A stretch of 64,000 nucleotides of DNA from Trichodelitschia bisporula. Its lineage: Eukaryota. Within the stretch, counting starts at the first letter, position 1, and every line of letters begins with the position of its first letter. The translations under genes were made by a program, and so were the position numbers. The notes below the pieces were generated by a model. That model worked only from the letters and a program-made list of their open reading frames with translations, was not told the origin of the DNA and ran no database searches. Below, one piece after another: positions 48,601-59,809 of the stretch. The stretch is taken from the NCBI GenBank assembly GCA_010356995.1, contig ML996696.1, forward strand, positions 560,364-624,363, written 5' to 3'.

Positions 48601-51045
48601 ATGGCTCCCCCCCGCCGCGATTACTCGCCTCCGCGCCCGGGCAACTTACATCGCACCATTAGCGATGTCCTGCGCATTGGTACGCCCCCACCCCCTGGCC
48701 GCCAAGTGCGGGCCGAGCCCCGCAACCGCGATTGCTAACTCAAGCTCGACAGCACGCGAACGCGAAGAACAGGCAAGACTTTCCAGACAAGCATCGTCGC
48801 CCGGTGATGGCGTGCTAACCGCGTCGGTCGCGTAGGAGGAGCTTCTCGGTGATGAGGAGAGCAATGTGCCGGCGGACCACGAGGGGTGTGTAGGGCTGAC
48901 AGACGGGTTTGCGCCGAATCCGCATGCGCATTTGCCGGTTTATAAGACGATTCATCGGTGGGTGATATGGTGTAGGCGGGGACGAGGCTGACAGAGGGGT
49001 AGCATACGGAGACTCATTCTTGCGAGTATCGGTGCGTTGTGCGCGGTGGTGTGGATGGAGATGGGGGCTGATGCGGTGCAGATGATCCGTACACGTTGGA
49101 GCAGCTACGCGGCCCACGACTGAACGTCTCGATTGTGAGACCGTTGATTGATCGGTTGTTTGACGAGGATGATGTTTCTGTTGGTATGTTTGACGTCCTC
49201 ATCCTGATTCTCGGCATTACCTAATGCCATGGACGACATGCGCTACGTAATGCGCGGCGCGCCTTGCAGGAGCGCGGAGACCTTCCATGGCTTCTAGAAG
49301 GACTCCAGACTCTGACATCGAATGGTCATTTAAGACATTCCTGCTAAAAGGTCCTAGTGTACTGTCTCCTCGTCAACCGCTCCCAGTTTCTGCGCGAGCA
49401 GCAGTACAAAGCCCACCACACAGTCAACTCGACCCGCGCTACCCTCTGCGAACTTCTCGCCTACCGCGTCCTGCGCAAATTTCACGAAAGCAACCCCTCG
49501 CGGAAAGGTCTCCTCGTCCTCGCCAACGTCCTCGTTGCCGGTTTCGAGCCCTTCCAAAATGCGCCGCCGGAGGTCATCCGCGACAGCCAGTACGGGCTGC
49601 AATGGGTGCAGAAGCGCGGCGGGTACGAACGGAAGCTTACTGCATTGGAAATTGCGATCATTACGGAGAGCAAGGCATTTCTGAGCAGCACGGCGTGCCA
49701 GCGCGTCGTCGATGCGGTGTATGTCGGCCGGATCGTGTACACCCCGTCATCGTTTATCGATCTCATTCCCGACCACTACAAGCACAAAGGGATTTCGTTG
49801 TACGACCCCAAGCGAGCGGGCTTGCTCAACCAGTACCGGCTGATTGTGCCGCGGACGCGGAATATCATCGAGGCACTGCAGTTCTTGGTGCTGGTCTTCT
49901 TCTACGTGATGACGATGCTGCACCGCGACTATGACACCGTCACTGGGTGGGAGATGGCATTTATGGTGTACGGCGCCGGCTGGGTGTTGGACGAGTTTGC
50001 TTCGTTCCTGGAGCATGGTTGGCATGTACACACGCAGAATTTGTGGTCGTTCCTCGACGTCGCCTTCATCGCTATATACACCGGGTACATGGCCATTCGC
50101 ATCTACGGCATCTCGGTCAACAACGAGGAGGCGGCGCGTCAGGCGCTAGACGTGCTGGCATGTGGCGCACCGATCCTGTTGCCACGCCTCGCCTTCAACC
50201 TGATGCCTGAGAATATGGCATTCATTGCGCTGCGCGCTATGATGCGCGACTTTATCGTCCTCACCTTGCTGGCCGTGTGGTGCTTCGGCGGGTTCCTGCT
50301 CGCCATGCGCTGGCTCAGCCGATGGAGCAGCACGAACGTAGACGACGAGCAAGTCGACTCAGTCACCATCTCCAAGTGGATGCTCTGGATCTGGTTCGGA
50401 CTCGACGGGACTGGAATCCAGCGGTCAACAGACTTCCACCTGGTCTTCGGGCCGATGCTGATGGTCGCCTTCGCCTTCCTGGGCAACACGCTCTTCCTCA
50501 CGATTCTGGTCTCCATGCTTAGCAACACCTTCAGCAAGCTTGTGGCTAACGCGACGGATGAGATCATGTTCCGCCGCGCGGTGCTCACGTTCGAGGGCGT
50601 CAAGAGCGATGCTATCTTCGCCTACCGCCCGCCGTTCAATATCCTCGCTCTGATGATCCTTCTGCCGCTTAAATTCGTGCTCACGCCACGCTGGTTCCAC
50701 AAAGTCAACATCACGGCCGTGCGCGTGCTCAACTTCCCCCTGCTCCTCGCGATCAACCTGTGGGAGCGGCAGCGACTGTGGAAGCCCCGGCGGCCGCTGA
50801 CCAATCCCGTGCCGATCAAGAAGAATAAGAGTGTGTTGAATCTGTTTTCGGGGTTTTCGGTGCACGGCGATATTCAGGCGGTGTTTGAGGAGGATCCGCC
50901 GCAGGAAATTATCGATGAGATTGAGGATGAGGATGTGCTGGATGATGATATTTTAGATGTGGGGATTCGGCAGCGGTCGGTTAGTCCGGCAGAGGGGCTG
51001 CAGATGCGGAGGAGGCGGTTTTCGAGTATTGTCCCCAGGGATTAG
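48601..51045 (+). CDS. Yvc1-like TRP non-selective cation channel, 6 exons
   Basis: Spliced N-terminus ...NPHAHLPVYKTIHRIRRLILASIDDPYTLEQLRGPRLNVSIVRPL. TM region with pore-like WIWFGLDGTG, S6 FLGNTLFLTILVSMLSNTF and AYRPPFNILAL, then an acidic tail. Confidence 0.88.
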
Positions 51046-54000
51046 TGGCCGACTTTGTATGGGACTGGGAATATTAGTATCAGTGCTGCCCGTTGGGAGA
51101 GACTCAAGATGCTGGAGCGAGTTGGCTTCCTGCTAGGAAGTCTCAATTCCGTTCCTGATCGCATCATAAATCAGTGGGATTCCGGACGGTGCAATGTCGG
51201 ACAATAAGTTTGTTGGATCCTGTCCTTGAAGGCAAGTAATGATGTCCCTTCCAGGCCGGTATGGTATGGCGATCTGACGGGGCCTCAGTTTCTACGCCAA
51301 CACCGTCGCTCTCTTCTCGCCAGATCAAGCGGCCATAAGACAGTTCCTTACGGACCCCCAGCCTCGCCCTTTTGGCTCTCGGCATCGGGACCCTTCCCGC
51401 GCAGTAGTCGGGACGGCCCGCTTCTCGGTCGTGGACAGATGGGTGGCTCTACATGAATGAGACGATCAGACGGGCATACCATTGTCCCGCACGGTAGGGC
51501 CGTTGTGTATCATAACGATAGATAGCCCCGACACGCAAATGATTTTCGCTTCTCGCATATCGCACTCATTTCGAGGCAACCTGCCGATCAGATCCGTTGC
51601 CGAAGCCCGAACGTCATGTGAGAAAGCGGTATTAACCAGCGGTGGACTTCCGCCTTTGCCATTGTCACAGTGCATGGGAGACTGCTCGGCCGAGAAAGGG
51701 TAGACGTTGGGGCAAAGTTCGACTTCGTGCGCCCGTCCGTCCATCGATAAACGTCATGTAGTCGAACGCCGAGATATCAGCGCCCAACCGCAACCAGCAG
51801 CGTCACCATCGCGATCTAAAGATGTCCACGTCCTCGCATCCGCAACTGTAGCTCTTCCTCTGAACCTCTATCATGATTCCTATAAACGCCAACCACTAGC
51901 GCAGCAAAATCCCTCCCTTCCCTCTGTACCGTAAGCCCCACCTCGGTACCATCCGCTCTCAGGCGCCGAAAAAAAAACCCCACCTCACCGCCCACCTTCG
52001 TAAATCGGCGATCCAAGACTCGCGAACAAAAAAAAACAGCCTACACACCAAGCCGACCCGCCGCTATCAAAAACCCAGCGGATACCCCGGCCGCCAACCC
52101 ATCCCGGCCGAGTCTCGGCGCCGATTCCGTGCGGCGCGGCATTTTCACTTGGCGTAAAAGTGCTCCAGACTCAGAACCATAGAAGTTGAAGAGTATTTGC
52201 TCATCGAACTGCTGTTGTCTGGATTGCGATCCCCGGCGCGCCAAAAAGGCATGGCCGGCCTATCACCGCCCCGCTTACCTGCTTATCTCATGGCGGCGGA
52301 GACGTCCCCGGCGCTCTTGGTGCCGTGGTACCTGACGATTCAGGCGCAGGGCGCGATCGGCGGCGCGTGTAATGCGGTGCTAAGCAGCGCGGCGCGCTCG
52401 CCGGACGAATTTTGCTCCATCCTCTCCTCCCCGTGCAAGACTCAACCTTCATACTTGCAAGCACGATCGTGATCCCAGTACTTGATGGACAGTGCGCACT
52501 TATTTGGAAAGGATGTGATATTTTCATCTCGATGTTTGAACCTGCCAGCATCCGATATATGCCCCGAGCGGGAGGCGGGGTGGTCATGACTTTTGTGAGG
52601 TGCGGAGTACGAGCGCGCAACCAATCAGCGCACGCGGGCGGCCGCGATGCGGGATCGGGCGCTCGCGCTCCCGAGCTGCGGCGGGATGACGGCAGTGGAC
52701 GCCGGGGCGCTATGCGACTTTCCAAGACATCCCGAATAGCAACACGAACTCTGTGGAGTATGACGACGGTCGGAAGGGAGCGGACATATATACGTGATGG
52801 TCCGAGGATGACTACGCCAACTGCCTCGACGCTCTCGCGATGTGCAGCGCTACGCGGACTTAACCAGCCGCTTCGCAAATCGCAGGCGGGCATCACGATG
52901 ATGCTGCACACCCCGGCTGCATGTCGACCCTGGCGCCCCTCGCTGCAGACCCCATTCCAGCCCTGCGCCGCTGGCGAATGAGCGGTGCTGAGCGCGCGAT
53001 GAGTCGATGAGTCGGTGGGTGAGGTGAGGAGCGTGCATATGCAGAAGGGCGCGGGACTGCTTCGCCTAGGCTTGTGGTGTTTCCAGTTGCGATGGGGTTG
53101 AAGAGCTGAGGGGTGTTGGAGGGGAGTTAGGAGGGGTGCGGGAGGAGTTAACTCCAGGGAGTTGCTTCCGCACCCTGCGTCCCCCCGAGGGAATCAGGCG
53201 ACGGGTTGTCAGCCGTGAACCCCACCAGACCCCGCGTTCGATGCTGTTCGCGAAGCCCAGTGGGTGCTATCGTATTCGAGAACTCGCGGGTTTTGTATCG
53301 TATAACTTCTGCACCTCCCCGCGCCCCCGACTCCGCGAGATCCGAACATCGCACATCGGCTTCGGAATTAACGGGGCAAAGTCGGGTATGCGGCGTGCGG
53401 ATTATCTAAGGGCGGGTCATGCTGGCTCAATCGCGCTTTGCTTTGATAACTAATGTCTTGCCTTCAGCTAAACTTCGTAATCCTGCGTGGTGCACGCCGG
53501 ATGCGCCGGAAGGCTGTGGTGGGGCGGGGTCCCCCTGTTGGAGTTTTGGAGGTACCGACGGGTTCGGCGTAAGGTGGGGCGTGCAGAGGGAAAGCCACCA
53601 ACGGGTGTTTGGCTGGGGATGCGATGTGGACCTACCACAGGGCGGTATGCTGGCATGGGATGGCGTACGGTAGTGTCCATAGCCTCTCGCGACTGTTGGT
53701 GAACTGCAGCTGCACCACTTGCGAAGAAAAATGTGGCCAGTCGAATGTACACGGGTCTTTGCGAGTCTTTATAGCTCTAGCTCTGCTGGCAAATGCACCA
53801 CGGTATGGTGTCCTCGACTCTATGGTACCCTTCGACCTACGTCATTTGACGATACTCCTCCATACCCTTCATTTACCCTCTCTTGGTGGAGTCGGTGCGG
53901 CCCGACTCGGGTTTTCGCATGGTAAGACATGGATAACAATGGGTCCAGCAGTTCAGCTAGCATTTGCTTGCTCGGGGTGGGTTACCGAGGTGATGGATGA

Positions 54001-54650
54001 CGCGTGGCAACTTGCGCCTGGTGATCCGGAGCCCATGACGGCGGAAGGGCGGAAAGCTCAGAAAGGGAAAGGCGGAAGTGGAAGAGGAAGCGTCGCGGGC
54101 GGCGGACTGATCGATTAGGCAGAGGTGGCGGAAAAAGTGGCATTGGCATGTGGATGGGTGATCATCGATCATCGATTTGGCCAGTGCGTGAAGCTCTGTT
54201 GCCCGTGAGCTGACTTTACCATAAAAGTGTTAATAGCTTCATCCCTAGCTCGTGGCTGACAAAAGCCGCTCCCTCTGCTCTTCCCTCTTCTCTTTCTCTT
54301 GTCTTCTACTACCCTTCCTCCTCTTTTGACCTCCAATATACGAAGCAAGCCGCCGTACAACACCTCTTGTGCCTCACTCCCCCACCACGCACACCCCTCA
54401 CACACCCACGACTGCACCTCCCGTCGCATCCGCCCCCGCCGAAACATCCCCCGATTCAGAGCCCGCCGCTGCGGCGCACATCACCCCGCCAAACACCGCC
54501 AACGGGGCGCCCTACAGCCTTCCGGCATAGCTTCCAATCCTATATCTGCACCCTCGAGCCTGCGGCCGCCCGCGCTTCCGGATCCCCCCATCATCCGTAT
54601 ATACGGTACGCAACCTAGAATTTCACGCCATCTTACGACGGTCTGGCTAC

Positions 54651-56532
54651 ATGCCACGCACGCGCTCGCTCGCGCGCTCTGCGCTCCTTCTCTCCACTCT
54701 CCTCCCAACTACGCTCGCCAGCCCGCATGGCGGGGCCTACGATACCATGAGCACGTCTGCGCCCGCGCCCGCCGCCGCGGGGAATGCCACCGCCGGCACT
54801 GAGCCGGCGAATTACTTCCGGCACGACGGGAGCGGGGCGTGGATCTACGGGCACATCTTCCTCATGAGCATAGCATGGATCATTCTCCTCCCGCTCTGTA
54901 AGGTCCTTGCCTACTCTTTTTTTTTTTTTTAGCCGGGGGTGGAATGGCTGGGCTGACACTATCCAGCTGCCTTCCTCTCCGTCGCGCGCTCGCGCCTAAC
55001 CCTAACCACGCAACTTGCGTTCTTCGCGACTAATGCCGCGGGGCTCGCGCTGGGGACGGTGTATAATGCGCGCACGCCGGATCTTTACCTGGGTAACGCG
55101 CACCACCGCGCCGGGTGGGCCATCACGCTCCTCGCCGGGGTGTGGATCGCAGCGGGTGTTGTAGACACCGTTGCGCAACGTCTACGCACGCCCGTCAGCG
55201 CGGCGAATATGGCGCGGTACACGCGGCTGCAGGGCCTTGAAAGGCGGTGGAGCGGGGACTCGGGGCACGGGGCGTCGGAGGAGGGGGTGCCGAGTTTGGA
55301 GGAGGAGAAGGAGGAGGAGAAGGAGGAGGCGGGTGGGTACGCGGATGTCGAGCTTGAGGAAGAGGAGGTTAGGCCGGTGGGGAGGTTTGATCGGTTTGTT
55401 GCGGCGAATTTGCAGCGGTTTGCGGTTGGGAAGACGCTGGTGGTTAATCGGGTAGTGTATGTGTTGCTGGAGCGGTGTCTGGCTGTGTTGGGTTTTGTGG
55501 CTCTGACGACGGGGGTTGTGACTTTTGGGGGGCTTTTTGTGAGTGCATCCCCCACCCCTGCTAGCTCGTCTACCCGCGATCTGGAGCTAACGAACCCCGC
55601 AGCGTGGCAATGCCGTGTTCAACGGTCTTGCGCACTGGATCAAAGGCGGCATCTTCTTCTGGTACGGACTTATAACCCTGGGACGATGGATGGGTTCGTT
55701 CGCGGACTTGGGTTGGGCGTGGAACGTCCGCCCCTCGCGCTCCGTGATCAACGACTGGCGCGCCCGCGTCCCAAGTGCTGAATTCGTTGAGAGCGCGGTT
55801 ATCTGCACGTATGGAGCGTCGAATGTCTTCATGGAGCATTTGGCGGCGTGGGGCGATGCGTGGTCGGCGCAGGACTTCGAGCATGTTTCTATCACCGTGC
55901 TGTTTTTCGGCGGTGGACTAGTGAGTTTTACGCTTTTGCTTTTGCGCGGTGCGGGGTAGCAAGGCGCAAGGCTGACGCTCGCACAGCTCGGCATGCTCAT
56001 CGAATCAACCCGCATCCGCGAACTGCTCGCCGCGAACCTCCTCGCCGCGAAAGACACCGACCCCTCCGCCTCCACGGACCCCGCCTGGTCCCCGCCCCCG
56101 CACTACGCCGTCCCCCTCAACCCGCTCCCCGCCCTCGTAATCCTCCTCCTCGGGCTCATGATGAGCAGCCACACGCAAGAATCCATGGTCAGCAGCATGA
56201 TCCACGCGCAATGGGGGAACCTCTTCGTCGGCTATGCGCTCGCCCGCGCGGCTACCTACATCCTGCTCTACATCCGGCCTCCCGTGTCCCATCTCCCAGC
56301 CCGCCCGCCGAGTGAGCTGGTCGCGGCGTTTTGCCTTACGGCTGGTGGCGCGGTGTTCATGGTTAGTGCGCGCGACGTGGTTGCTGCGGTGGAGGGCGCG
56401 GGCCTGGATGCGATGTTTGTGTTTACGGTGGGGATGGGGGGGACGGCGATGGTTATGGCGTGGGTGGTTGTGCTAGGCGCGGTTATGGGCGCTGCGCGGA
56501 GGTGGGAAGCTGCGAAGAGCGTGGGGCTGTAG
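54651..56532 (+). CDS. Ytp1/DUF2427-type integral membrane protein
   Basis: Signal peptide, then YGHIFLMSIAWIILLP, YNARTPDLYLGNAH, FNGLAHWIKGGIFFWYG, NVFMEHL, MMSSHTQ..IHAQWG and PARPPSEL. Three introns. Confidence 0.88.
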
Positions 56533-56848
56533 GGCGGGGCGTGAGAGTCCGGATGGTGTGTTGGGTGTAATGGCTGCTCCTGGGGTGGGGGAGTGGCGCG
56601 TCTTTCGTTTGGTCTCCGGGTGCACGGGCGGGTTGCTATGATACCACGTGGGACTTGGGTTTCTTGTCTTTTGGTTCGGGGAGGGGGGATGGATGGAGGC
56701 ATTGGTATACCCCCGGACATGAGCCGGCGATGATACACCGTTTATTCCACTAGCCGGGTGTGGAAGGAAGGAATTGCCCCGTTCGTACCTGTTTTGCTGT
56801 GCCCTCCGTGCTGTGTGCGCCCGCTGCGGAGTTCCTCCGTGCCTGGAC

Positions 56849-56979
56849 TGAATTGGGCCCGGAGTGTGAGCTAGGAGTTTACTCCGCGATGGGGCACAGA
56901 GTATACTCCGCGCCTAGAGTGAATTGGGCCCGGAATGTGGCCGAGGAGCTTACTCTACGATGGGCGCGGAGTATACTCC
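56849..56979. repeat. Imperfect direct repeat, 71-bp period, about 2 copies, containing palindromes
   Basis: gaattgggcccgga.tgtg...ggag.ttactc..cgatggg...gagtatactcc starts at 56850 and again at 56921. Confidence 0.85.
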
Positions 56980-57080
56980 ATGAAGTACACGGAGGAAACT
57001 TCGGATCGTCGTTTCCCTGTAGCAAGGGGGTTACGCTAGTGGAGGGGTGATGTTGACGACACGTCTGGTAGAGGATAGTG

Positions 57081-57103
57081 TACGCAGTACGCAGTACGCA
57101 GTA
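57081..57103. repeat. 7-bp tandem repeat (TACGCAG)x3
   Basis: tacgcagtacgcagtacgcagta. Confidence 0.85.
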
Positions 57104-57439
57104 GTATTGTGTATCCTGCCATGCCGGGATGGGCCGTGGACCCGAAGTGTTGGGAATGCGGGACGGGCGGTGATGCTGATAGGATGAAGCTGGGGGCGCT
57201 GCTTGCCGGTTTGAGAAGGGGGTACGAAGGTTAGTGCTACCGTCAGAGGGAGGGAGAAGTGTACGTGCTCATTGGATTACTTCATTGCCCGCTGTATCGT
57301 CCCTTTCACTTCAGTTACATGAAGAGTGGCTACATCCACTTCGGCAAGGGTGTATATACGCATTATAATTACTTCGTTACAGTACCTGCTGCATCATCTC
57401 CTCCAGCGTTCCATTCCCTTCCCCCATCAAGCACCGCGG

Positions 57440-59086
57440 CTACATAACCACACACTTAGCATCCACAAACCGCTCCCCAAACTGGTCTATCGCCGCCGCG
57501 CGCTCATTCGCCTTCTGCTTCTCCCTCGCCTCATCCGGGAAATACCTGCGCAGGAACTTCGTCAAGTTCGGGTCAATACAATCTGTCACACTCATTAGCC
57601 CAACCTTTCCAAAAAAAACAAACAAACCCAGAAGCAAAGCCACTCACCACTATCCGCGCTCAGCACCGTATGTCCGCGACACAGCGGACACCGATCGCGC
57701 CCCTCGCGCTGCATGATGATGGCGCAGCGTATGCAGAATATGTGCTTGCAGCGCAGACGCACCGGCCGGTACGCGAGCGTGAAGCACACGGGGCACAAGT
57801 AGTCGTCGAGCTGCGGCACGCGCGCCACGATCTGGCTGCTAACCTGCGCGGACAGCGCTTTGGCGAAGGAGGCGGAGAAGGAGGCGGGTGATGCGAGTGG
57901 GGGGAGGGAGGAGGATGCGCCGAGCGCGGTGCGCTTGTCGAACTCTGCCAGGAGTCAGTAATCACACTACGAAATAGGGGCTCAACGCACTTTTCAGGAT
58001 CTTCCCCACGGCCGTCTGATTCAGCTCCTGGAAGCGCAGGTGCCGCAACAATCCCTCGTTTATTTCTACAAACCCGCGCATCGCCGCCTCACTCTCGCGC
58101 TTCTTCCACACACCACCGTCCGCGGCGACCAGCGCCCCGAACCGAGACCACGCTTCGCCTGCCTTGTGCGCGTCGTTCGGCCCGCGGGCACGCTCCGTGG
58201 CGCTGAAGAACACGCGGCTGTCGAGGTAGATTTCGAAGATGCGCCGCCACCGGACCAGATCGTGTTGTGCGGCCTTGCCGGTGCGGGGGTCGGTGACACG
58301 TGATATTAGAGTGCCGATGGAGGTTATGGTGGTGCTGAGGCGGGCTTGCTCCGTTTCTTGGAGGGAGTGCAGGGCGAAGAGTTCGGTTTGGAGGCGGGTG
58401 AAGAATTCGCCGTCGCTGGTTAGGGGGATGGCGATGACGCGGGTTGGAGGGGGGTGGGAGGAGGGGTTTGAGGGGTCGGTGGGGGGTGAGGACGAGGAGT
58501 GGGGTGGGGAGGGGTCGTTTGAGGAATCGGGGTTAGGAGGAACATTTGAGGCATCGGAGTTGGAGCGCTCGGTAGGGGGAAGTGAGGAGGAGGCTATGGA
58601 GCGCCGCGGAGAGGAGTCAGCAGGTGAGTCTGGGGGTGAATCGGGCGTTATACGGAGGTCAGTGAGCTGCGCTTCAAGTGCAAGTCGATGGAGCAGACTA
58701 CGCGTCTCCGGCGCAAGCTGCGCATCCAGCGGCGCACCCGTCGCCTCGTCCACGAGGAAGAGCAGCTGGGGCACGACCGCGGGTCCCGCATCGGCAAAGC
58801 GGTATCGCAGCGGCCGATGCTCGTCATCGGCACATTGCCGCGAGCCCTCGGGCGCCGCCTCGTTCTTCGCACGCTCGGCGGCAGCTTCGCTGTCGCGCGC
58901 CTTCTGCTGGGCTTCCGCCGTCTCGAGCAGCTGCTTCAGCGTGTGCGCGTCTAGGCCTAGCGCGGATAGCTCGCGCTGCACCCGCTTGATGCACTTCTTC
59001 AGCTGGTTGTAGGAGATGGCGCTCGCCGCCCATTGTGCGGGGAAGGAGCGCTCGAGCTCCTCGCGGTAGATGTGGCCGAACTTCAT
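57440..59086 (-). CDS. SPX-RING E3 ubiquitin ligase (Pqr1/NLA-like architecture)
   Basis: SPX start MKFGHIY..ISYNQLKKCIK and SPX end NQTAVGKILKKFDKRT. C3HC4 RING CPVC..CKHIFCIRC..CPLCR. Introns 57945-57990 and 57583-57647. Ends KCVVM*. Confidence 0.92.
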
Positions 59087-59809
59087 GCTCGGTGGGGGGG
59101 GCTAGAGGTGGTGGTTTTGATTGTGGCTGTGGTTGTGGTTCTGGTTCTGGTTGAGGTGGAGTCGGACGTGGCGAGGGCGAGGGCGGCACATGGGGTTTTC
59201 GCTCAAGGGTGTTCGCGTGCTGAGAGGCGGATCGGCGAGCTAGACTAGCTTGATCGCAGGGCTGAGGTGACAGATGCGGGGGCGCGTCTGTGCTGCGATA
59301 TAAGGTTAACAATTGAGAGCCGATCTCACGATACCGCGGAGTCACGTAGGATAAACGGAGCCGAAATGAGGAGAAGAGAAATGAGATGAAACGAAAAATG
59401 GCAAGAGCCAACAGACCCGCAGAAAGCAAGGAAATGACGTCTGCATTTAACCCCCGCGTGCGCCGCCTCCATCCACCCACCGCCACCCCGGCACGCGACC
59501 CGTTCACCTTTTCCAGCCACCCCCGGATTAGGTCTGGGCCACGCACGCCACCTCCTCTCGGCCCGGTGCTCATTGGCTCGGGAATTAGGGCTGAATGATT
59601 CGGGCCGGTTGGTCGGGCTTGGCTGATGCGGCTGATGCTGGGGGTGACTCAGTGCCCGGCTTGGCGGGCTAGATCCATGCATGCGGCCGTGGCGGTGTCT
59701 GTGGTTCGTTTTGTACCACAAGTTTTGTGCCACGACGTGCGCGACACCGTGTCAACCCACATCTTGTCTCTTCCACCGCACCACACGCGCACCACCCACC
59801 GCGACCGCC

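Noticed and set aside
51925..51945. Minus-strand TGGGGCTTAC resembling the RNase MRP CR-V motif
   Set aside because: I found no matching upstream GAAAGTCCCC-type CR-I partner on that strand.
54995..55007. CCTAACCCTAACC, resembling a telomere repeat or telomerase template
   Set aside because: Only two units, and it sits inside a coding exon of the Ytp1-like gene (RLTLTT).
56849..56979. Repeat considered as a CRISPR array or MITE
   Set aside because: Eukaryotic context, only two units, no unique spacers or cas genes, and no clear terminal inverted repeats with a target-site duplication.
59087..59809. Pho4-type CACGTG sites upstream of the SPX-RING gene
   Set aside because: None seen. A single TGACTCA at about 59645 is too weak on its own to call a Gcn4/CpcA site.
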